Virus record (IMG/VR): IMGVR_UViG_2645727991_000011
Reading direction: 5' to 3' (one strand)
DNA from: a virus
Lineage: Duplodnaviria > Heunggongvirae > Uroviricota > Caudoviricetes
Length of the DNA: 4,388 bases
In this document: in pieces, positions 1 through 4,388 of the stretch
How the letters are laid out: the number at the start of each line of letters is the position of its first letter
Position numbering within the stretch: position 1 is the stretch's first letter
The notes under the pieces: generated by a model
Told to the model about the DNA's origin: nothing
The model's input: only the letters and a program-made list of their open reading frames with translations
Database searches by the model: none
Made by a program: the position numbers and the translations under genes

Positions 1-579
1 GAACTCATCCGCCACCGCAGGACCGTTATACCCGCATTCATCTCCCCGGTAATCCCACATACAGGTGTTCGCCAGCATGATGCGACCGGGAAACAGCGCT
101 CCGTCCATCTCCGTCGGTGTTGCCAGCACAAACGAGGCTGTCATGGCCGTCAGCTCTGACATCTGCTCCACCACCCAGCGGTCGCTCAGCTCCTGCTCCG
201 GGTCCGCTTCCGGATTGCCCGCCACAAAATTCACCGCATCCAGAAAACGGGCATACACCCGGCGGCGGACCACCGTGGCCCCCACCAGGCTCTGCAGGTC
301 CTCCGCCATTCCGGTGACCAGACCGAACAGATTCGACACCGTCAGCGACGGGCGGGCACTGCTGCCCTTCCCGTTCATCTCAAAGCCACTGCCGTCAATC
401 GGGTATGCCTGATATTGCCGCCCCTGCCAGGTAACCGCCTCCCCTTTTTCATTCAGCTCATTGCAGAAAAAATACCGCTCACCACCCTGTACCGTCAGGT
501 CGATTTCCCAGAGTACCACCCGCGGTGACTGCTCTGATTTAACCGACTCGTTCAGACTTTCTTCGTGAATATCCTGCAT
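1..579 (-). CDS. L: Tail tip assembly protein L (gpL-like); N-terminal 193 codons present, 3' end runs off the window start
   Basis: Minus-strand ATG at 579..577, in frame to position 1 with no stop. The translation begins MQDIHEESLNESVKSEQSPRVVLWEIDLT... and ends at the window edge with ...NTCMWDYRGDECGYNGPAVADEF, matching recalled lambda gpL (232 aa). The start overlaps the M stop (TGATG). A weak Shine-Dalgarno (AGGTGG) lies upstream within the M 3' end. Confidence 0.9.
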   Translation of the reverse strand, partial: MQDIHEESLNESVKSEQSPRVVLWEIDLTVQGGERYFFCNELNEKGEAVTWQGRQYQAYPIDGSGFEMNGKGSSARPSLTVSNLFGLVTGMAEDLQSLVGATVVRRRVYARFLDAVNFVAGNPEADPEQELSDRWVVEQMSELTAMTASFVLATPTEMDGALFPGRIMLANTCMWDYRGDECGYNGPAVADEF

Positions 580-908
580 CAGTTCACCACCTGCTTAAAC
601 TCCGCGCTGAATTCAACCCGCAGCATGCGAACCCGTGATGACCAGGCGGCACAGGTCACCTTTATCTGCCGCCAGGCATAAGGCGGTGTCCACAGAAACG
701 CCTTCCAGCCACCGTGCTCTGCCAGGAATGCCTCCAGATGTCGGGCCTCCTCCCGGGTCACGGAAAGCGTCACACGGTATGTTTTCAGGTCAGCATTCAG
801 CCCCGCCGCCATACGCTGCGAATACCCGTCACCAAAACGCACTTCACGCACCGATGGCTGCGAGTTCACCTCCATATCCGGCTTCACTTTCCAGCGAAAT
901 GTTTTCAT
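579..908 (-). CDS. M: Tail tip assembly protein M (gpM-like), 109 aa
   Basis: Complete minus-strand ORF (MKTFRWKVKPDMEV...EFSAEFKQVVN) with the same length and near-identical sequence to recalled lambda gpM. A GGAGG Shine-Dalgarno (plus-strand CCTCC at 915..919) sits 6 nt upstream of the ATG at 908..906. The start overlaps the H stop (ATGA). Confidence 0.93.
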   Translation of the reverse strand: MKTFRWKVKPDMEVNSQPSVREVRFGDGYSQRMAAGLNADLKTYRVTLSVTREEARHLEAFLAEHGGWKAFLWTPPYAWRQIKVTCAAWSSRVRMLRVEFSAEFKQVVN

Positions 909-3484
909 CGCCTGCCTCCGGAAAAGACGCCGCCATCACGCATCTGCGCCTGAATCTCATCCTGCGCCCCCTTGCGGGCCATGTCATACACCGCCTTCAT
1001 CAGCTGCGGCCCCGCCTGTCCGTTGGTGCCGTCGTTCTGAATCACCACGTGATTGTTCTGATTAAAACTAATGCCTTCCGCCCGCCGCATCTGCGCCGGA
1101 CTTCCGGCACCGCCCACATAACCACCTTCCGCATACCCGCGCATCAGACGATACAGGTTGCCGACGCCAATCCGGCTGGTTGCCTCCTTCGTGAAGACAA
1201 ACTCCCCGCGGTGGACAATACCGGCAGGTTCGTATTTGCCACCGGTTCCCGTAAATCCTCCGGTCGCGAAATGGAAGTTCGCCGCCGCAGCCTGAATGGC
1301 CGTCCCCGTGGAGGCAGACGCCCCACCACCGAAAGCACCACCCATGGCGCTGCCAATACTCCCGACAATCCCCACCATGGCCTGCTTCAGAAAAATCTCT
1401 GTCAGCATGGAGAGCACAGAACGGGTGAAACCACGCCAGCTCTGCTCACTGCCGGTCAGCATCGCCGCCATATTCTGTGCAATACCATCAAAGGTCTGCG
1501 TGGCCACACTTTTAACCTGCGAAAAACTGTCCGTCGCACTTTCTGCCCACTCGCCCCAGCCGGACTTCAGACCGGCCATCCAGCTTCCACGAAGCTGCTC
1601 CTCCGCAGACCAGGTGTTCTTCAGTGCAGATGTGGCCTTCGCCAGCGCATCCGGATTATCACCGTACACGTCACGAAGGCGCTGCTCTTCCGACTCCCGC
1701 TGCACCTGACGGTCGGTGAGGCCCCGCGCCTGGGCACTGATTGCCGCCTGCTTCGCGCCCTGCTGCTGCTCAAACCGCGCAGCCTGCTGTGCCAGCTCAT
1801 TCAGCCGTTTCTGGTGTTCAACCTTGTCGCCAAGCTCAGCCAGCTGGCGTTTGTACTCCAGCGTCTCTTTCTCATGGGCCAGCAGGGATTTTTCCTGCTC
1901 AGATAACTGCCGTTTCGTGGCTGCCTCTTTCAGGACCGCATACTGATTTTCCGCTTTCCATAAATCGCGACGCTGCTGGCTGATTTTCCCATTCGCACCG
2001 CTGTGCTTCTCCAGCGTCCGGAGCTCAGTTTCAAGCGCCAGCAGGGCAGCATGCGCCCGGTCTTCCTGACGCTCACCGGCTGACACTTTGACTCCTGACG
2101 ACTTCGGCTTTTTCAGCGTCGATTCATAATCCTTTTTCGCCGCCGCCATCAGCGTGTTGTAATCCGCCTGCAGGATTTTCCCGTCTTTCAGGGCCTTATT
2201 CAGTTCTTCCTGACGGGCGGTATATTTCTCCAGCGGCGTCAGCAGACGCTCATACGCCTTCTGCGCCTCTCCGGTATACTTCAGCTGTGATGCGTCCCGT
2301 TCGGCCCGGTCCCTGGCGGCCAGTTCACCGGCTTTTTCCATATCCGACTGCAGCGTGGCCGCTGCCAGCCCCAGACGGGCATTTTCCCGGTCATTCCATG
2401 CGCCCTGAAGGTTGGCCCGGAAAGAGGAGGTTTTACCGCGGCGCTGGCTCCGGCTCTGGTACCACTGCCATTTTTTATCCGCCTCATCAAATGCCTTCTG
2501 CGCACTGGCGAGCATATCCGCTGAGGACTCAGGACGACCGATATCCAGAATGGCATCCCACATCGATTTGAATGCCTTCCCGGTTTTATCCGCCCAGGTC
2601 TCCAGTGTCCCCATGTTTTCTTTCAGGCGACGGGTCTGCTCATCAAAGCCTTTCGTGGCGATATCGTTCGCCGCCTGCAAGGCCCCGGCCTCATCACCGG
2701 AACGCTGCAGCTGCGCAACATACGCAATCTGCTCTGCCGTCACGTTACGGAACTGGCGCGCCATCGCCATCAGCCCCGACGTCGGGTCAGTGGTCAGCTT
2801 CCCGAAAGCCTCAGCAACCTTATCCACCTCCACACCGGATGCAGACGCAAAACGCGCGACACTCTGGTTGATGGCATCAAACTGTTCACCACCACGCACA
2901 CCGGCATTCACCAGGGCTGCCAGTGACTCTCTCGCCTGGTTAAACGTCAGCCCTGCTGCCTGCCCGGCTCTTGAGAGAGTCAGCATACGATCGGCAGTCA
3001 GTCCGGACTGATTACCGGAAAGAACCAGGGTTTTATTAAACGCTGAAAGCGTGGAATCCCCCTGGTACCAGGCGTACGCCAGCGCACCTGTCGCCACCGC
3101 CAGCGAGGTGACCCCGACCATCGGCAGGGTGATCGCACCGGCAAGCCCCCTGAGCATGGGGATCATCCCGCCGAAGGAGTCCTTCACCTGACCGCCCTGT
3201 TGCAGCAGGATCAGCCAGGGATTCTGACCACCGGCAAGCTGCGTGGCGATATCCGTAAACTGTGCGGGCAGGGTGCGCATGGCCGCTTTATACTGCCCGA
3301 CGGAAATCCCGGCTTTTTGTGCAGCCAGCGCCTGGCGGCTCAGGCCCTGTTCAACAGCACTGGCGGTTTTTCTGGCGTCGGTATCCAGACCTGAAAAATG
3401 ACGCCTTACCCGGCTCATCTGCTCATCGAAACGGACCGCATCCAGACTAAGGTCAATAACAAGATCACCAACCGGCTGGGACAT
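905..3484 (-). CDS. H: Tail tape measure protein H (gpH-like), 859 aa
   Basis: Long minus-strand ORF; ATG at 3484..3482 preceded by GGAGG (plus-strand CCTCC at 3493..3497). The N-terminus MSQPVGDLVIDLSLDAVRFDEQMSRVRRHFSG... and C-terminus ...KYEPAGIVHRGEFVFTKEATSRIGVGNLYRLMRGYA...DGGVFSGGRR closely match recalled lambda gpH (853 aa). It has a central Q/E/K/R/A-rich coiled-coil-like region and a Gly-rich hydrophobic C-terminal segment. Stop TGA at 907..905. Confidence 0.97.
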   Translation of the reverse strand: MSQPVGDLVIDLSLDAVRFDEQMSRVRRHFSGLDTDARKTASAVEQGLSRQALAAQKAGISVGQYKAAMRTLPAQFTDIATQLAGGQNPWLILLQQGGQVKDSFGGMIPMLRGLAGAITLPMVGVTSLAVATGALAYAWYQGDSTLSAFNKTLVLSGNQSGLTADRMLTLSRAGQAAGLTFNQARESLAALVNAGVRGGEQFDAINQSVARFASASGVEVDKVAEAFGKLTTDPTSGLMAMARQFRNVTAEQIAYVAQLQRSGDEAGALQAANDIATKGFDEQTRRLKENMGTLETWADKTGKAFKSMWDAILDIGRPESSADMLASAQKAFDEADKKWQWYQSRSQRRGKTSSFRANLQGAWNDRENARLGLAAATLQSDMEKAGELAARDRAERDASQLKYTGEAQKAYERLLTPLEKYTARQEELNKALKDGKILQADYNTLMAAAKKDYESTLKKPKSSGVKVSAGERQEDRAHAALLALETELRTLEKHSGANGKISQQRRDLWKAENQYAVLKEAATKRQLSEQEKSLLAHEKETLEYKRQLAELGDKVEHQKRLNELAQQAARFEQQQGAKQAAISAQARGLTDRQVQRESEEQRLRDVYGDNPDALAKATSALKNTWSAEEQLRGSWMAGLKSGWGEWAESATDSFSQVKSVATQTFDGIAQNMAAMLTGSEQSWRGFTRSVLSMLTEIFLKQAMVGIVGSIGSAMGGAFGGGASASTGTAIQAAAANFHFATGGFTGTGGKYEPAGIVHRGEFVFTKEATSRIGVGNLYRLMRGYAEGGYVGGAGSPAQMRRAEGISFNQNNHVVIQNDGTNGQAGPQLMKAVYDMARKGAQDEIQAQMRDGGVFSGGRR

Positions 3485-4336
3485 ATCTCACACCTCCGGA
3501 AATCCCCGCTGAAGCCATCATTAATGCGGCATCATCCACCATGACATCCGCCACATCCGCAGACGATAAAATATCGCGCCCTCCGTCCCCACCGAACCGG
3601 ACGCCTCCGGCAAGTCCTGCCGCTTTCTGCATCAGCATTTTGTCCTCATCCGGCCTCTCCACCTGCGCTTCCTCATGCCGGGGGACAAGCAGACTGAAAT
3701 CAGAGGGATGCATATCCGGATCGCAAAAAAACAGGCTGAGTACAGCGTACGTCAGCCCGGAAAAATGCATATCCAGCTGGGTATCGTGAAAATAATGCAT
3801 GCGGTAAAAATGTCGCCAGTCGGCATATTCGGTGGATGTCATCCCGGCAAGCATGGCGCGCCAGTCAGGCCTCCCCATCTCACGCGCCAGTCTGAGGGCA
3901 AAATTCAGCTCGCCGTCGAAGACTTTCCCGCAGAAAAATCATCATCAGTCAGCGCGTTATTTTTCGCCACTTCGGTGCTGTCAGTATCCGGACGAACAGC
4001 CCCGCTCATCCCGGACAGACGCAACACCACATCTTCCGCCCGGGCAATGGCATCCGCAGGCCAGGTGGTGAGCACCTCCTGTTCGATCTGCATCACAGCC
4101 TCATTCATTGACGGTGATGCCGTTTTCTGCGGATGGTTATGCCACAGGGACATCGCCACCAGAAACGCGCCGGTTCTGACAAGGTCTTCCACGCTCACCT
4201 GCAGGTTACCGCTGGCTTCAGCCTGTTCTGCCCGTCGTTTCAGGAGGGCAAGATGCTCGATACGCTGCAGCGCAGACAGCTCGGAAAGCGTGACGGACAC
4301 ACCGTTATATTCAAATTGTTCGGTTTTCAGAAACAT
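3465..4336 (-). CDS. T: Tail assembly chaperone G-T fusion (gpGT-like), made by programmed -1 frameshift at the G GGA AAG heptamer (3929..3923); about 290 aa
   Basis: The ORF at 3465..3878 lies in the -1 frame relative to G (codon low ends are 0 mod 3 versus 2 mod 3 for G on the minus strand). Reading through the slip gives ...SAGK|VFDGELNFALRLAREMGRPDWRAMLAGMTSTEYADW..., matching the recalled lambda gpGT junction and T-frame sequence. No convincing independent start or Shine-Dalgarno exists for the T frame. The T stop at 3467..3465 overlaps the H start by 20 nt, as in lambda. Confidence 0.85.
3905..4336 (-). CDS. G: Tail assembly chaperone G (gpG-like), 143 aa, zero-frame product
   Basis: Minus-strand ORF MFLKTEQFEYNGVSVTLSELSALQRIEHLALLKRRAEQAEASGNLQVSVEDLVRTGAFLVAMSLWHNHPQK... 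closely matching recalled lambda gpG. ATG at 4336..4334 with a GGAGGTA Shine-Dalgarno (plus-strand TACCTCC at 4341..4347). Contains the G GGA AAG slippery heptamer near its 3' end. Stop TGA at 3907..3905. Confidence 0.93.
   Translation of the reverse strand: MFLKTEQFEYNGVSVTLSELSALQRIEHLALLKRRAEQAEASGNLQVSVEDLVRTGAFLVAMSLWHNHPQKTASPSMNEAVMQIEQEVLTTWPADAIARAEDVVLRLSGMSGAVRPDTDSTEVAKNNALTDDDFSAGKSSTAS
3923..3929 (-). promoter_or_regulatory. Programmed -1 ribosomal frameshift slippery heptamer G GGA AAG (G to G-T recoding signal)
   Basis: Plus-strand CTTTCCC at 3923..3929 is GGGAAAG on the minus strand. It sits in G codons GGA-AAG, 6 codons before the G stop, at the same position as the lambda G-T frameshift site. 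The downstream -1 frame is open to 3465 and encodes a T-like sequence. Confidence 0.85.
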
Positions 4337-4349
4337 GTATTACCTCCGT

Positions 4350-4388
4350 TTACCCTGCAGCGCCCGCTTCAGTAACGGTGACTTCAGC
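4350..4388 (-). CDS. V: Major tail protein V (gpV-like), C-terminal 12 codons plus stop only; the rest lies beyond the window end
   Basis: Minus-strand frame open from the window edge (…AEVTVTEAGAAG) to a TAA stop at 4352..4350, 13 nt upstream of the G start and its Shine-Dalgarno. Assignment rests mainly on conserved synteny (V immediately upstream of G in lambda-like phages); the fragment is too short to identify on its own. Confidence 0.55.
   Translation of the reverse strand, partial: AEVTVTEAGAAG

Noticed and set aside
65-412. Plus-strand ORFs at 65..412 and 117..317 (Pro-rich)
   Set aside because: Antisense to L, whose translation matches lambda gpL closely. No support as independent genes.
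1144-1368. Alternate-frame minus-strand ORFs inside H (1144..1368, 2281..2556)
   Set aside because: Same strand as H but out of frame, Arg/Pro-rich, with no start signals. I checked whether the 2281..2556 frame could mean the divergent H segment is a frameshifted version of lambda H; it is not, because the H frame itself retains lambda-like motifs through this interval.
635-1906. Long plus-strand ORF (423 aa) listed in the six-frame track
   Set aside because: It lies entirely antisense to the well-supported H and M genes. The translation is low-complexity and Pro/Arg/Ser/His-rich with no Shine-Dalgarno or recognisable domain, which is the typical spurious antisense ORF of GC-rich coding DNA.
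2412-3011. Plus-strand ORF (199 aa), plus smaller plus-strand ORFs at 2287..2571 and 2572..2871
   Set aside because: All are antisense to the tape measure gene H. The compositions are Ala/Ser/Pro/Arg-biased and there is no start context, so they are artefacts of GC-rich sequence opposite a real gene.
3465-3878. Independent 137-aa gene starting at the ATG at 3878 (as the ORF track suggests)
   Set aside because: The Met at 3878 is internal to the T frame (…LAREMGRPDW…). There is no convincing Shine-Dalgarno upstream, and in lambda-like phages T is expressed only as the G-T frameshift fusion. It is annotated as part of the fusion instead.
3541-4071. Plus-strand ORFs at 3541..3789, 3832..4071 and 4133..4375
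   Set aside because: Antisense to the G and T coding region; Ser/Pro/Arg-rich and unsupported.
1-4388. Search for a novel defence or anti-defence system, CRISPR array, tRNA, or mobile-element insertion
   Set aside because: No direct repeats with spacers, no tRNA-like structure, no non-coding gap and no extra ORF between the tail genes. All sequence is explained by the canonical tail module. Nothing supports a hidden system.

Overview
The whole window is coding on the minus strand and is a textbook lambda-like (lambdoid) phage or prophage tail-assembly module. In transcription order, from high to low coordinate, it holds: the last 12 codons of the major tail protein V, tail assembly chaperone G, the G-T fusion made by a programmed -1 ribosomal frameshift, the 859-aa tail tape measure protein H, tail tip protein M (109 aa), and the first 193 codons of tail tip protein L, running off the window start. 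Gene order, protein lengths, overlapping stop/start junctions and the G GGA AAG slippery heptamer all match the phage lambda V-G-T-H-M-L arrangement. The translated proteins are recognisably close to lambda's from recalled sequence; no search was run. The DNA is visibly GC-rich, as in the lambda left arm, which explains the many long spurious antisense ORFs in the six-frame track. I find no unexplained intergenic space, no inserted cargo gene, and no evidence of a novel system. The findings are therefore modest: recoding, translational coupling, and a divergent patch plus a Gly-rich hydrophobic segment inside the tape measure protein.
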